This document shows, in pieces, positions 29,268 through 39,141 of a stretch of DNA of 64,000 nucleotides. The stretch's first letter is position 1. The number at the start of each line of letters is the position of its first letter. Origin of the DNA: a virus; IMG/VR virus record IMGVR_UViG_3300032676_000934, positions 3,388 through 67,387 of that record. One strand, written 5' to 3'. Under the pieces are notes generated by a model that saw only the letters and a program-made list of their open reading frames with translations, was not told the DNA's origin and did not search any database. A program made the translations under genes and the position numbers.

Positions 29268-29725
29268 GCCTCCCTCCGGACAATGAGGCTGTCGTTGGAG
29301 GGAAGACGCCAGTCTCGGACGGCCTGACGGGCTTCCTCCACCGAGCGGACGACTTTGACTGGGTGCCCGAGATCCTGAAGCGCATCATGGCACTTCTCCT
29401 GATCCTCGGACGGAACTTCCTTCCGAACACCCTTCACGATCGGCGGCTTGACTTCCAGGAACCAAATGCTCGGCGGGAAGTCGGCGGGTCCGATGATGTC
29501 GAGATCAGGCCAGCCAGCGATAGCTCCCATGCGCTTCTCACGGCGACCCTGCTGCATGCTGCGGGGCTTGTTCGGCGTGTGCTTGACCCGCCAACCGTGC
29601 GGCAGCGTTGTGCGCAGGTAATCGAGGATCGCGACATGAACCGGGGCTTCCCGATCCACCCTGGCGCGCTTCTTCGCTGCGTCGGCTCGGCGCTGCTGCA
29701 AAGCTATGGCAGATGATGCGACCAT
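29264..29725 (-). CDS. VRR-NUC nuclease
   Basis: GWPDL...FLEVK...S..Q...H..L...G..V.VVRS. Confidence 0.8.
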   Translation of the reverse strand: MVASSAIALQQRRADAAKKRARVDREAPVHVAILDYLRTTLPHGWRVKHTPNKPRSMQQGRREKRMGAIAGWPDLDIIGPADFPPSIWFLEVKPPIVKGVRKEVPSEDQEKCHDALQDLGHPVKVVRSVEEARQAVRDWRLPSNDSLIVRREA

Positions 29726-29745
29726 GGGGCCTCGTGCTGTGAGGA

Positions 29746-29979
29746 TTAGAAGGGGCTCGGCGGGACGAGCATCGGGAAGCCGAGGCGCGACGCCCGCTCG
29801 ACAAAGGCCGCGTAACGATGCGCGCGGCCGTACATCTCCAGCGCGCAGACGTACTTCTCGACCGTCCGGCGGTTGAAGCCGGTCATCTCAGCGATGACCC
29901 GCACCGGCACGTTCTGGCTGTACAGCTCGCGCATGCGGCGCACGTCGCTGGTCATCAGTTGACGCGGCGCGCTAATCAT
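29746..29979 (-). CDS. Small HTH protein
   Basis: MRELYSQNVPVRVIAEMTGFNRRTVEKY. Confidence 0.55.
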   Translation of the reverse strand: MISAPRQLMTSDVRRMRELYSQNVPVRVIAEMTGFNRRTVEKYVCALEMYGRAHRYAAFVERASRLGFPMLVPPSPF

Positions 29980-30434
29980 TGCCCGTCCTTGTCCACCAGA
30001 CGAGCCACCACGGCAGGGACTTTCCCTGCTCGCGATACTGAACGGCCCGCGTCCACATCCAGGCGTCCAGTCGTGCCTTGAGCCATCGCATGCTCCCCCC
30101 TCCCGAGCGCGAAGAACCGCGCCCTCTGAAGATCCGCTTCCGCCTCCCAGCGCTCGCATTCGCGGGCGTAGCGCTCCTGGATGGCGAGGTACGTGTCAGC
30201 GTCGGGCCGCACCGGCTGACGGCCTAAGAACTTGCGGACCCAAGATCCGCTTTCCCCGATCTGCCGGCCCACGTCGTCGTAGGCGTGCATCTTCGACCCC
30301 ACGCGGCGCGCAGCGCGCTCAACGAGGGCGGAGAGGATCGGAAGGGTGGCGCTAGCTGCGCTTTGCATTGTCCGTTTCCGGCCAAAATCTGTCCGCCACA
30401 CGACAGGGCTCCATGGTCGATTGCTGGTCGACAC
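29976..30434 (-). CDS. Hypothetical regulator
   Basis: V.RQIG.S.SWVRKFL helix-turn-helix-like segment. Confidence 0.5.
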   Translation of the reverse strand: MSTSNRPWSPVVWRTDFGRKRTMQSAASATLPILSALVERAARRVGSKMHAYDDVGRQIGESGSWVRKFLGRQPVRPDADTYLAIQERYARECERWEAEADLQRARFFALGRGEHAMAQGTTGRLDVDAGRSVSRAGKVPAVVARLVDKDGQ

Positions 30435-30647
30435 GGAGGAGCCGCAGATGGCCGGACTCGACAGGAAGGGGGGTACGCGACGTGACTACAGTGACCGCGC
30501 ATGGACCTCGCTGGACCATGAATGTGCGGTTCGAGAGAGCGGGCGTGCGTACAGACCGTGCAAGGTCCACGACCGTCCGCATGTGAGCGAGCGTCCGGGC
30601 TGCAACCCGTCCAATCGCAAAGAGGATGGAAAGTGATGGCGAAGGGA

Positions 30648-31193
30648 TCATTGCGATACCTCCGCCCAATCGGCGGCCCACAGAAGCTCAGCCGCCGCAA
30701 TCGGGCAGTCGGGCTTGGCGACATCCAAGCCCTCAAAGATCGCCTGCACCTTGTGTACGGCGAACCAGACCGACGAGTGATCTCGGCGGCCGATACGATG
30801 ACCGATCTGAGGCAGGCTCAGCAGGGTGTAGTTCTTGGCGATCCAGCAGAGGATGTGCCGCGCCTTGATCTGATGCGGCCGGCGACGATGCGCAGCGATC
30901 TCCAAGGCAGAGACGCCAGTGACGGCAACGACGATGGCCGTCAGGCGCTTCATCGGGAACGGCTTCTGATCCTCAAAGTCCTCCGGGCGAACGGGCTTCG
31001 GAGGGAGGAAGCCCTTCTCGCCTATCTCCGCCTCCGTCCTCGGCTTCGGAGCGGGCGCCTTGATCGAGCCCTGAGGCTTCGGGACGGACTTCAGATGCGG
31101 ACCGCGCACCAAGGCCATATCGACGAGCGGCGCCTTTGGGCGATTGTCGCCGAAGCTCACGCGAGCGGTCTCAAAGGGACGGAAGCCAGACAT
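30648..31193 (-). CDS. DnaA C-terminal HTH domain protein
   Basis: ARH...W.AK.YT.LSLPQIG..IGRRDHSSV. Confidence 0.8.
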   Translation of the reverse strand: MSGFRPFETARVSFGDNRPKAPLVDMALVRGPHLKSVPKPQGSIKAPAPKPRTEAEIGEKGFLPPKPVRPEDFEDQKPFPMKRLTAIVVAVTGVSALEIAAHRRRPHQIKARHILCWIAKNYTLLSLPQIGHRIGRRDHSSVWFAVHKVQAIFEGLDVAKPDCPIAAAELLWAADWAEVSQ

Positions 31194-31428
31194 TCAACCG
31201 ATCTCCGATCCGTTGGCTTCGGTGACAGCGCACAGCTCAGCGAGACGGCGGGCCATGAGACGGGCGCGCTCGACCGGAATGGCGGTGCTGACGTAGTGGC
31301 GCCCCCGGTTGCCGAGCTTGACGACGTAGATCCGGCCGTGGGCGGCGATGAAGCGGATCTGGCCGCCATCCGCCGTCTCGAGGACGTGCTTGAAAGTCGT
31401 CTCAGCCGTATCAGTGAGAGCGGACATG

Positions 31429-31995
31429 CTAAGCCGCCCCATGAGTAGCGCGCTGCGCGGAGGCAGCCGCGAAGGCGACCGAGTTGCCGCGCTTCAGATA
31501 CCGGACGACCCGAGCTGCAACGTGCTCGTCCTGCGTGCGCGCCGTGTGCTCGTAAAGTTCGAACAGATGGTCCGGCACCCAGGCTGGGACCTCGACAGGC
31601 TCCCACGTCTTGAACCGGATCAGCCGATCGTTCTCCAGATCGTTGCGCTGGCCCTGGAACGCGGCCTCGCCTCGGGTCGTCTTCACCTTGACGCCCTTCG
31701 GGGGACGCAAGCCGAAGCAGGCGCGCTCAACGATGTTGACCGAGGTGCCCAGACGCTCGGCGATGATCGGGTAGGACACCCATTCGGTTTCGCGGATGCG
31801 GCGGATCTCAGCACGCAGAGCCACAGAGCCCGGAACAACCGACCGATGGGTGTTGATCACCTTGGCGACGTCAGAGCCCTTGAGCCCCGGCGCACGGCCG
31901 AACCGGCGGAACTTCTCAGCGACCCGTGTCGGGTTGTAGCCTTCATCGTAGAGGGCCTGCGCTTCGGCGATATCGGAGGGCGACCAGATCATCAC
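31429..31995 (-). CDS. HTH-containing hypothetical protein
   Basis: SYPIIAERLGTSVNIVERA. Confidence 0.5.
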   Translation of the reverse strand: MMIWSPSDIAEAQALYDEGYNPTRVAEKFRRFGRAPGLKGSDVAKVINTHRSVVPGSVALRAEIRRIRETEWVSYPIIAERLGTSVNIVERACFGLRPPKGVKVKTTRGEAAFQGQRNDLENDRLIRFKTWEPVEVPAWVPDHLFELYEHTARTQDEHVAARVVRYLKRGNSVAFAAASAQRATHGAA

Positions 31996-32291
31996 TCGGC
32001 TGCCTCGCGTATGTGCGCGCCTACGTGCGAGGCGGCGCGATGGTAGGCGGTGCGATACAGGTCGAGCAGAGCTTCCTGCTCGGCCGCCTTGGCGCTGTCC
32101 TTCTCGGCCTTCCGGATCTCACGGACGAGCGCGCCCATGGCCGACTTGTCGAAGCCGTCCGAGCGAGCCTCGGCGTAGATCTCCTTCTTCGCCTCATTGA
32201 GGTCGTCCTGCTCCTGATGGACCCGCAAGATGCGGTCGACGTAGGAGCGCAGGACGCGATCGGCTGTGCCGTCGAAGGGCTCGTCGGACAT
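31992..32291 (-). CDS. GapR/DUF2312-family DNA-binding protein
   Basis: LRSYVDRI.R...E...L....KEIYAEARSDGFD...LLDLY. Confidence 0.8.
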   Translation of the reverse strand: MSDEPFDGTADRVLRSYVDRILRVHQEQDDLNEAKKEIYAEARSDGFDKSAMGALVREIRKAEKDSAKAAEQEALLDLYRTAYHRAASHVGAHIREAAE

Positions 32292-32463
32292 CAGCCGGCC
32301 ATCCGAGCGAGCAGCAGGAACAGCAGGCCGATGCTGGCGAGGCTGAAGAGAACGTCAGCTCCGACGGACAAGGCAGCCACGTGGCCGCTCTTCACCACGA
32401 AGGCCGAGCCAAGCAAAGCTGATGCGAGGCACCAGCAGCCAATGAACGTGAGGACAAGCCAAG

Positions 32464-32718
32464 TCACGCGGCAGCTCCCGAGCGAGAGGATGAAGCAGAG
32501 CCCCGAGATACGCCGGCCATGCGCCACAACTCGTCGGGGGCACGGAGCCCCTTCGACTTCAAAGCATCGCGTATCGCGACGTAGGTGTTGGCCGGAAGGC
32601 GGTCCGTAGCGGTCCAATTCCAGACCGCGTTCTCTGTCAGATCGAACATGGCAGACACCTTGCGGGCGCCGCCAAGGGCCTTCACGACAGCTCGAACATC
32701 AGGGAGTGCCTTGCTCAT
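32464..32718 (-). CDS. Cro-like regulator
   Basis: VVKALGGARKVSAMFDLTENAVWNW...LP; divergent from the repressor. Confidence 0.75.
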   Translation of the reverse strand: MSKALPDVRAVVKALGGARKVSAMFDLTENAVWNWTATDRLPANTYVAIRDALKSKGLRAPDELWRMAGVSRGSASSSRSGAAA

Positions 32719-32725
32719 GCCAATG

Positions 32726-32800
32726 ACGTTACCAAAGCAAATTGGGTACGGCAAGCCCGAAAAGGCCTTGGTAGAGCAAAATTCCTTGGGTGCGCATAAT
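32726..32800. promoter_or_regulatory. OR region with PR/PRM-like promoters and three 19-bp operators
   Basis: Minus TTGCCG-N17-TAACGT; plus TAGAGC-N17-CATAAT; TACCCAA-N5-TTGGGTA-like sites at 32730, 32755 and 32774. Confidence 0.7.
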
Positions 32801-32806
32801 TCGCGC

Positions 32807-33133
32807 ATGCCAAAAACGTCGAAGATCCGGGCTGAGGATGTGGCCGCCATCGCGGCGCGGCTTAAGGCTCTCCGTGCGGCGACGGGCTTAAGCCAGGAGG
32901 CCTTCGCCAAGCAGGTAGGGCTTGGCTACAAGCAGTGGGGCAACTTTGAGAGTGCGAGTGGCCGCATCGGATTGGATGCCGCACTCACCCTCACGCGCGA
33001 GCTGAAGGTGCCGCTGGACTGGATCTATCTCGGCGAGGAAGCCTGGCTCCCGGCCGGCTTGAGAGACAAGATCCGGCAGAAGATGGCCGCGCAGGAAAGC
33101 GACGAGCAGGACGACAAGGCTACCCGCGCCTGA
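32807..33133 (+). CDS. XRE-family repressor (cI-like, no peptidase domain)
   Basis: RLKALR...GLSQEAFAKQVG...WGNFES...LDWIYLG; 108 aa. Confidence 0.8.
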   Translation: MPKTSKIRAEDVAAIAARLKALRAATGLSQEAFAKQVGLGYKQWGNFESASGRIGLDAALTLTRELKVPLDWIYLGEEAWLPAGLRDKIRQKMAAQESDEQDDKATRA

Positions 33134-33353
33134 CGAACGGCACGACGTCGGGCGGCTCGCCGCCTCGCGGAGCCTCAGGTTCCGACTCGATCCATGCGTA
33201 AGGCATGTTGCGGTGCCACTTCACCAATTCCTGCATGTAGGCGATCACCTGATCAGCCTCGTCTAGGTCCGTCGGGACCTGCAGAAAGAGACCCATGGCG
33301 AGCCGCTTGAGGGCCGCATCGTCGGTCGTCTTGGGCGGGTCCTTTCGTGGCAT
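33120..33353 (-). CDS. Hypothetical protein
   Basis: 77 aa with RBS; convergent with the repressor. Confidence 0.5.
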   Translation of the reverse strand: MPRKDPPKTTDDAALKRLAMGLFLQVPTDLDEADQVIAYMQELVKWHRNMPYAWIESEPEAPRGGEPPDVVPFVRRG

Positions 33354-33468
33354 CGCTCACCCTTCTGTTCCGCAAAAGTTCTAATTCAAAACGGCGGGAA
33401 GTCCATGCCTGTCATGGCTGTCATCCAGGATCGATTGCCTACAGCTCGCGACCTGCCGAATATGTGCG

Positions 33469-33523
33469 CGCCCAAGAAAATTTGGTGAAAGGGCTTGCGC
33501 TACCCAAGCAGCCTGGGTAAGTT
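33469..33523 (+). promoter_or_regulatory. OL/PL region
   Basis: TTGCGC-N17-TAAGTT with operator TACCCAAGCAGCCTGGGTA (33501-33519) and a second site at 33469-33487. Confidence 0.7.
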
Positions 33524-33791
33524 AGGGTCATCGCAGCCGCCCTGGAGCGAAGCCGATGACCCCGCCTCCCGCCGACCACATCATTCTCGCTCTCGGCATC
33601 ATCGCCCCCTGTCTGACGCTCGTCGGGGTGTGGGCTACCGTCGATACGGCTCGACTTTTGGCCGAGTACCGTCGCGACTGCCCCCAACTTACGGGTAGCA
33701 AATTCGGTTGCACGGCTACCGAGGGTAGAGTTTACGACTCAGCCGATCTGTACGCCATCAAATGTGAAATAAGCGAGCGCGGGGAGGTGCT

Positions 33792-34181
33792 GTGATGCCC
33801 TCCCCGCAGTTCCCGGACGGGTATTGGGCCGTTGAAGGCCGCAACGAGTATCGCGAACCTTGCTTCGTTCTTCACAACGTCAGGTTTGGAATTCTATCGG
33901 ATCACGACTGTTTGGCGGAAGCTGTTTTCGCCGCGCAGGACCATGCGGATGAATTAGCTGACGAATACTCGGCCGAAGGGGCGGATATTGCAGAGGCGGC
34001 CTTTAATAGGAGCCTCGACAGCATACACGCCATGATTGCCGGCCTGATCGTCCAGCCGCTTCCTGGCGACGATGAGGCTCGGGGTGAGCAGCGTGCGGTT
34101 CGGGCTGCTTTGGCGGCCATCAATGCGATCGGCAAGGCGCCAGCTGCTGCGATCCTCGCTGAGATCGGGGAGGCCGCCTGA
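33792..34181 (+). CDS. Hypothetical protein
   Basis: GGAGG RBS; coupled ORF. Confidence 0.5.
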   Translation: MMPSPQFPDGYWAVEGRNEYREPCFVLHNVRFGILSDHDCLAEAVFAAQDHADELADEYSAEGADIAEAAFNRSLDSIHAMIAGLIVQPLPGDDEARGEQRAVRAALAAINAIGKAPAAAILAEIGEAA

Positions 34182-34349
34182 TGACCAGCATCCTCGGTCT
34201 AATAATTTGCTTCTGCTGGGGCATGTTTGCCGCAGCAATGGGCCATGTTGTCTTCTACTCGCTCGGCGACACCCTAGTGGTCATTCTGCCGTGCTTCGCG
34301 TTTGGACCAGCGATCAGGTGTTGGTCGCGGGAATTCTCGGGGGGCAACA

Positions 34350-34742
34350 ATGCCCTTCGCTGACATCGGAACGTCTAAGCGCCTCGCGATGTCTCAAGGC
34401 CGCATCCTGCGGATCTGGGAAGCTAGCAAGGGCATCTGCTGCCTCTGCGATAAGCCCATCCAAGGCACCAAAGACACTTGGTACGTCGAGCATATCCGAG
34501 CCCTGGAGCTAGGGGGCAAGGACACCGACGATAACTGCGGCCCGGCTCACTACACCTGCAAGTCGGCCAAGGACGCTGACGACCATTCTCGCGCCGCCGA
34601 GGCGAAGCGCGAGAAGGCTGCCGAGCTTGGGATACCTAAGCGCAGCACGATCAAGTCGGCCGGCTTCAAGAAGTCGGCTCCGCGCCGTCCCGCGACGACG
34701 CCCCTCAACAAGTGGACCGGTCCAGCTTTCCCTTCTCGCTGA
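34350..34742 (+). CDS. HNH endonuclease
   Basis: CxxC...EHIRALELGG.D..DN..PAH..C. Confidence 0.8.
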   Translation: MPFADIGTSKRLAMSQGRILRIWEASKGICCLCDKPIQGTKDTWYVEHIRALELGGKDTDDNCGPAHYTCKSAKDADDHSRAAEAKREKAAELGIPKRSTIKSAGFKKSAPRRPATTPLNKWTGPAFPSR

Positions 34743-34839
34743 AGAAGGACGCTTCGATGCTCCTCAATCTAGTCCCTGGGCTGATCTGCTTCGCCTTCGC
34801 AGCCCGGATCTTTTTCAACCTCCTGATCGGATTTTGACC

Positions 34840-35151
34840 ATGTGCTATTTGGTTTCTCCGTCCGACGATGCCCCCGAGCCACGCAACCTGCCGAACCGGC
34901 TCAGCCCCGTTCGCCTGCGCCGCGAGCGTGACGACCTCCACAACCTGACGGGCGATGTCGTCCGCATGCTGGAGGGCCATCAGGCCGGCGACGCTGGCTT
35001 CACGGGCGCCGGCACTCGCCTGACCCTGGCCGCGACGCTGAACGCCCTTGAGGGCTTCATCCAGCGCGTCCGTGATGTCGAGGCCGAGGTTCTTCCGCGT
35101 CCTGTCGGTTCTGACCGGCTGCCGGCTGTCGCTTCTGTCGGGAGCCTCTAG
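34840..35151 (+). CDS. Hypothetical protein
   Basis: GC3-rich ORF in the early-left arm. Confidence 0.45.
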   Translation: MCYLVSPSDDAPEPRNLPNRLSPVRLRRERDDLHNLTGDVVRMLEGHQAGDAGFTGAGTRLTLAATLNALEGFIQRVRDVEAEVLPRPVGSDRLPAVASVGSL

Positions 35152-35153
35152 TC

Positions 35154-35534
35154 ATGGCTCAGCACACTCCTGGCCCTTGGTACTTTGGCGACGACGAGCT
35201 GACCTCCGGCGTCCCCGTCATCCCTATACGTGGCGCCGATCACAGGACCGTCGCCGAGGTCGTTTCCACATTTGTCGACAAAGGCGATGTCGATTTCGCG
35301 ATTACAGATCAGGATCGCGCCAACGCCAGCCTGATCGCAGCCGCGCCCGAACTCCTGAAACAGTTGAAGGGGCTCCTCGGCTTCGCCAGCTTCGTCATCA
35401 ACGAACTCGACATCGATACCGAGTCGACTGAGGTCATCCTCAAAGCCAACGGCGAGGACGTGGCCAAGGTGCCGCTTTCGGTGGTGCTGAACAACAGCAA
35501 GGTCGCCATCGCTACTGCGGAGGGACGGTCGTGA
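35154..35534 (+). CDS. Conserved phage hypothetical protein
   Basis: HTPGPW...ANA.LIAAAPELL family; paralog of 49147..49467. Confidence 0.7.
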   Translation: MAQHTPGPWYFGDDELTSGVPVIPIRGADHRTVAEVVSTFVDKGDVDFAITDQDRANASLIAAAPELLKQLKGLLGFASFVINELDIDTESTEVILKANGEDVAKVPLSVVLNNSKVAIATAEGRS

Positions 35535-35818
35535 GCGGCTTCGTCCTCTCTCAGACGCATGAGGACTTCTTCGCTGTGCTCCACGAGGGCCGGCGGGTCG
35601 CCATCCTCTTCCCGGCTCGCCCCTACGTTCGCGCTGACATCTGGCCGGCTCAGCAGGCGCTGCCGTGGTCGCTAATGCCGGATCCGGAAGCCTTCCCGGA
35701 CCCGGCCTGCACCGGCTTACCGAGCCCGCTCAGCCCCGCTGGCAACCGGTTCGACAGCCTGTCCGAGGTTCTGAGCTTCCTCGGCATCGAACAGCGTGCG
35801 GAGGCGCAGGCCGCATGA
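35531..35818 (+). CDS. Hypothetical protein
   Basis: Coupled GTGA/ATGA overlaps. Confidence 0.5.
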   Translation: MSGFVLSQTHEDFFAVLHEGRRVAILFPARPYVRADIWPAQQALPWSLMPDPEAFPDPACTGLPSPLSPAGNRFDSLSEVLSFLGIEQRAEAQAA

Positions 35819-36102
35819 CCCTCACCGACAACGATATTGCGGTGCTACGGGCCATGGAGATGCGAAGCCCAGACTTCGGCTTCATGAGCTTCGGTGCCAT
35901 CGCCAGGGATAGCGGCGTCGATCGAAAGGCCATCCGCCGGATTGTCCGGAAACTGGCGCGCTATGGGCTCGCCGAGTTCAGCAGTGGCCTTTGGACCGAT
36001 GACGGCCGTCCTGCGGGCGCCGGCTATGCGATCACATCAGCGGGCCGCGCCGAAATCCCATTCGATGCTTCGTTCTACGCCGGTACGGGGCAGGCGGCAT
36101 GA
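35815..36102 (+). CDS. Winged-helix protein
   Basis: SFGAIARDSGVDRKAIRRIVRKLAR.GL...GYAIT..G. Confidence 0.6.
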   Translation: MTLTDNDIAVLRAMEMRSPDFGFMSFGAIARDSGVDRKAIRRIVRKLARYGLAEFSSGLWTDDGRPAGAGYAITSAGRAEIPFDASFYAGTGQAA

Positions 36103-36329
36103 CTCCCGTCTATTGCCACGATTGCGATTGGGTCGCCCCATCATCGCGCATCGAGACCAAGCCTTGGCGATACCGCTGTATGAAGGCGCCGACGCGAGCC
36201 GGCTATGCCTTCGTGCATCCCAAGTATTCGCCAGATCCGCCGTATTTACTTTGCGAGCGCCGGAACTTCGACGGCAAATGCCCTGATTTTCAGCCCCGCC
36301 GTGTCGCAGATGAGGAGACTGCATCGTGA
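36099..36329 (+). CDS. Cys-rich hypothetical protein
   Basis: CxxC...C...C...N.DG.C. Confidence 0.55.
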   Translation: MTPVYCHDCDWVAPSSRIETKPWRYRCMKAPTRAGYAFVHPKYSPDPPYLLCERRNFDGKCPDFQPRRVADEETAS

Positions 36330-36964
36330 TTGAGAGCAGCCCATCCATCGGCGAGCTTTGCAAGGCGCTCCACGGCGCCCAGGGCGTGCTGACCGGCGTC
36401 GTGAAGGACGCCAAGAACCCGCACTTCAAGAACCGCTACGCCACCCTGGAGGCGGTTCTCGATACGGCGCGGCCCGCCCTCCAAGCGAACGGTCTGATCG
36501 TATCCCAGGCGCCCGGCCGGATGGTCGACGGCTGCGTTGAGATCACCACCATGCTCGCCCATGTGTCGGGCGAATGGATGCGCTCCACGCTGCACGTGCC
36601 TCTCGCCAAGCGGGATCCGCAGGGCTTGGGCTCCGCGGTCACCTACGGCCTGCGCTACGCCCTGATGGCCGCCCTCTGCGTGCCGCCGACCGATGACGAC
36701 GGCGAGGCCGCGATGCCCAGCCGGCAGATTGAGCGACCAGCCGAGCGGCCGGCGCCGCGCACGAACGGCCACACGGCATCTGAGCCAACCGCCTCTCAGC
36801 TCATGGCTCGGGAGATGTCCTCTCGGCTCTGGAAGGTGTCCGGTGAGGCCGCCGTGAAAGTCGTCACGGGCGATGAAACATTCCGGCAGCAGTTCCGTGA
36901 CCTCGATGAGGAGGACCGCCAGCGGGTCGGCGAACTCATCAAAGAGCGGAGGGCAATCGCGTGA
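36326..36964 (+). CDS. erf: ERF-family ssDNA annealing protein
   Basis: KDAKNPHFKNRYA.L, H.SGEW, Q..GSA.TY..RYAL, DDDG. Confidence 0.9.
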   Translation: MIESSPSIGELCKALHGAQGVLTGVVKDAKNPHFKNRYATLEAVLDTARPALQANGLIVSQAPGRMVDGCVEITTMLAHVSGEWMRSTLHVPLAKRDPQGLGSAVTYGLRYALMAALCVPPTDDDGEAAMPSRQIERPAERPAPRTNGHTASEPTASQLMAREMSSRLWKVSGEAAVKVVTGDETFRQQFRDLDEEDRQRVGELIKERRAIA

Positions 36965-37383
36965 GCGGCGATCGCCACACCCTCCGCATCGCCAACGAGG
37001 CCGTGCGCGCCAAGGCCCTGCACTGGATCAGCAAGGCGCCGATCGGCTGGCTCGTGGAGTTCTCCGCGCCACGCCGGACAGATGAGCAGTCCCGTCGCAT
37101 GTGGGCCATGCTGGGGGATATCTCCAAGCAGGTTGAGCACTTCGGCCTGCACTACGAGCCGGAAGCGTGGAAGCTGATCGCGCTCGCCGCCCTCGGCAAG
37201 GAAGTGCGGATGGCCCCTGCCCTTCACGGCAACGGCCTAGTCCCGCTCGGCATCAGCACGCGCCGGCTCACTAAGGCCGAGATGTCGGATCTGATCGAGC
37301 TTCTTTTTAGCTGGGGCGCCGAGCGCGGCGTCATCTGGTCCGACCCTTCCCTGATCCAGCCCCATGACAGGAGGGCTGCATGA
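36961..37383 (+). CDS. ninB: NinB/Orf-family recombination protein
   Basis: RT.EQ...MWAML.DIS.Q, WK, ST..L...EMSDLIE. Confidence 0.85.
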   Translation: MSGDRHTLRIANEAVRAKALHWISKAPIGWLVEFSAPRRTDEQSRRMWAMLGDISKQVEHFGLHYEPEAWKLIALAALGKEVRMAPALHGNGLVPLGISTRRLTKAEMSDLIELLFSWGAERGVIWSDPSLIQPHDRRAA

Positions 37384-37913
37384 CCAAGTCAAAAGGTCTC
37401 TACGAGCGACACGGCATGCGGCGTACCAAGATCTATGCGGTCTGGCGTTCGATGCGATCACGATGCGAGAATGCAAACGCCGAGTTCTATGCGGATTATG
37501 GCGGTCGTGGCATCACCGTTTGCCCTGAATGGAAGAAATTTAGCGCATTCTACCGAGATATGGGCGAGCCGCCCGAAGGCATGACGCTGGAGCGCCGCGA
37601 CAACGACAAAGGTTATTCGCGCGAGAACTGTCGGTGGGCCACACGCGCGGAGCAGTCAAGAAATCAGCGCAGCAACCTGCGGATCACCATCGGTGATGAG
37701 ACGCTGCCGCTAGCAGATTGGGCCGTTCGATACGGCATCAAGTACGCCACAGTCCATCAGCGGATCCGCAAGGGATGGCTGCCGTACTTCGCCGTCACAA
37801 CGCCACTCGTCACGAAGCGGAAGGGGATCCCCCGTGGCGAGCGTGTCGGCACTTTCGGCGCCGACCCAACCTTGATCCAGCCTGAGCAACCCGCCGCTCG
37901 GAGGGCCGCCTGA
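37380..37913 (+). CDS. HNH-type homing endonuclease
   Basis: W..M..RC...YGGRGI.VC.EW..F..F..DMG...TLER.DN..GY..ENCRWAT..EQ..N. Confidence 0.85.
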   Translation: MTKSKGLYERHGMRRTKIYAVWRSMRSRCENANAEFYADYGGRGITVCPEWKKFSAFYRDMGEPPEGMTLERRDNDKGYSRENCRWATRAEQSRNQRSNLRITIGDETLPLADWAVRYGIKYATVHQRIRKGWLPYFAVTTPLVTKRKGIPRGERVGTFGADPTLIQPEQPAARRAA

Positions 37914-38261
37914 TGTTCTGGCTCGGCCTCGTCTGCGGCATCGGCCTCTCCATCATCGCCGCCCTCTGCATCGGCTTCCGGGATGCTCGTCGAGATCTCC
38001 GCGAGGAGGACGCGATGCTTGAGGCGGATCGTCGGTTTCGTGAAGAGCAGGACCGATGAGTGTGCTCCTTCTCATCGCCCTCGGCGTAGCGCTCGCCCTG
38101 CTGCCGTCGCTCCTTGTGATCGCTCTGATCACCATCGCCTCACTGCGTCGGGATCGGAACGAGGGCAATTCCCAGCCGGCAGCGGATGACGTCGCGCCTG
38201 TCGTGGTGGGGCGAGCTGAGATCGGCTGCCTGGTCGCATCGAACGATCGGAGGGCGGCGGC

Positions 38262-38513
38262 ATGATGGCTGAGCCCGATTTCGTCTGCGTCGTGTGCCGC
38301 CGCGACATCGAGATGCGCTGGCACCGTCGCAACGGCCGCGACCGCGTCGTCCCGCCGGTCTGCCGGCACTGCGAGAGCACCTACGGCTCGCGGCCACCGC
38401 AGGCCGGCGACTTCATGGATCGTCGCAAGGCGGTGCAGGTCTCTGCGCTCGCTGAAGCCCTGCGCACCGCCGCCGCTCATCAGAAATGGGGAGGCCCTTA
38501 TGGCCGCTCGTGA
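38262..38513 (+). CDS. Zn-finger hypothetical protein
   Basis: CVVC...CRHC. Confidence 0.5.
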   Translation: MMAEPDFVCVVCRRDIEMRWHRRNGRDRVVPPVCRHCESTYGSRPPQAGDFMDRRKAVQVSALAEALRTAAAHQKWGGPYGRS

Positions 38514-38745
38514 TTACGAGGTGGCGCCCGTCACCGAGGGCTTGCAGCTTGACAAGATCATCACCGGGCTGGCGGGCGATCTGGAGGAGCTTCGCGCCGG
38601 CCGGATCAGCGTCAACGACGCTATCGCCCGCAGCATGCTCGCCAAGCAAATCTTCAACGGCGTTCGCCTCTACCTGAACGGCACGAAGATGCTGGCCGAT
38701 CAGGCCCGCGAGGTGAAGGCCATCAAGCCCGGAGAGCGGGCATGA
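38500..38745 (+). CDS. Hypothetical protein
   Basis: GGAGG RBS; GC3-rich. Confidence 0.55.
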   Translation: MAARDYEVAPVTEGLQLDKIITGLAGDLEELRAGRISVNDAIARSMLAKQIFNGVRLYLNGTKMLADQAREVKAIKPGERA

Positions 38746-39141
38746 TCGCCGACCTTCCTTACCTCGCCCTGGCTCTGCTCGCCTTCGCCGTGCCGACGAG
38801 CATCACCCTTTGGCTTGACCCGCATGTTCGGGCGGCCGGCGCTCGGAGGTGGCGGCGATGACCCACGCCTTCGCCATGCGCTCCTGCCTTCAGCAGATCT
38901 ACCGGCATCGGACGATGGGAAAGCCGCCCGGCCGCCCAGTCAACTACGCCAAGCATCAGCAGCTCGTGACGGCTTTCGAGGCTGCGAAGGCCAAGGGCGA
39001 CTATGCTCTCGACCGCCTCGTGATCCGAGAGGGCTACGCGTCGAGAGACAGCCTGACGAAGGCCTACAAGCTCGCGAAAGCCGCTCTCACCCGTCGTGTT
39101 TCAGAAGCCGACCGCTCCGGCGGAGAGAAGGAAATCGGGCG

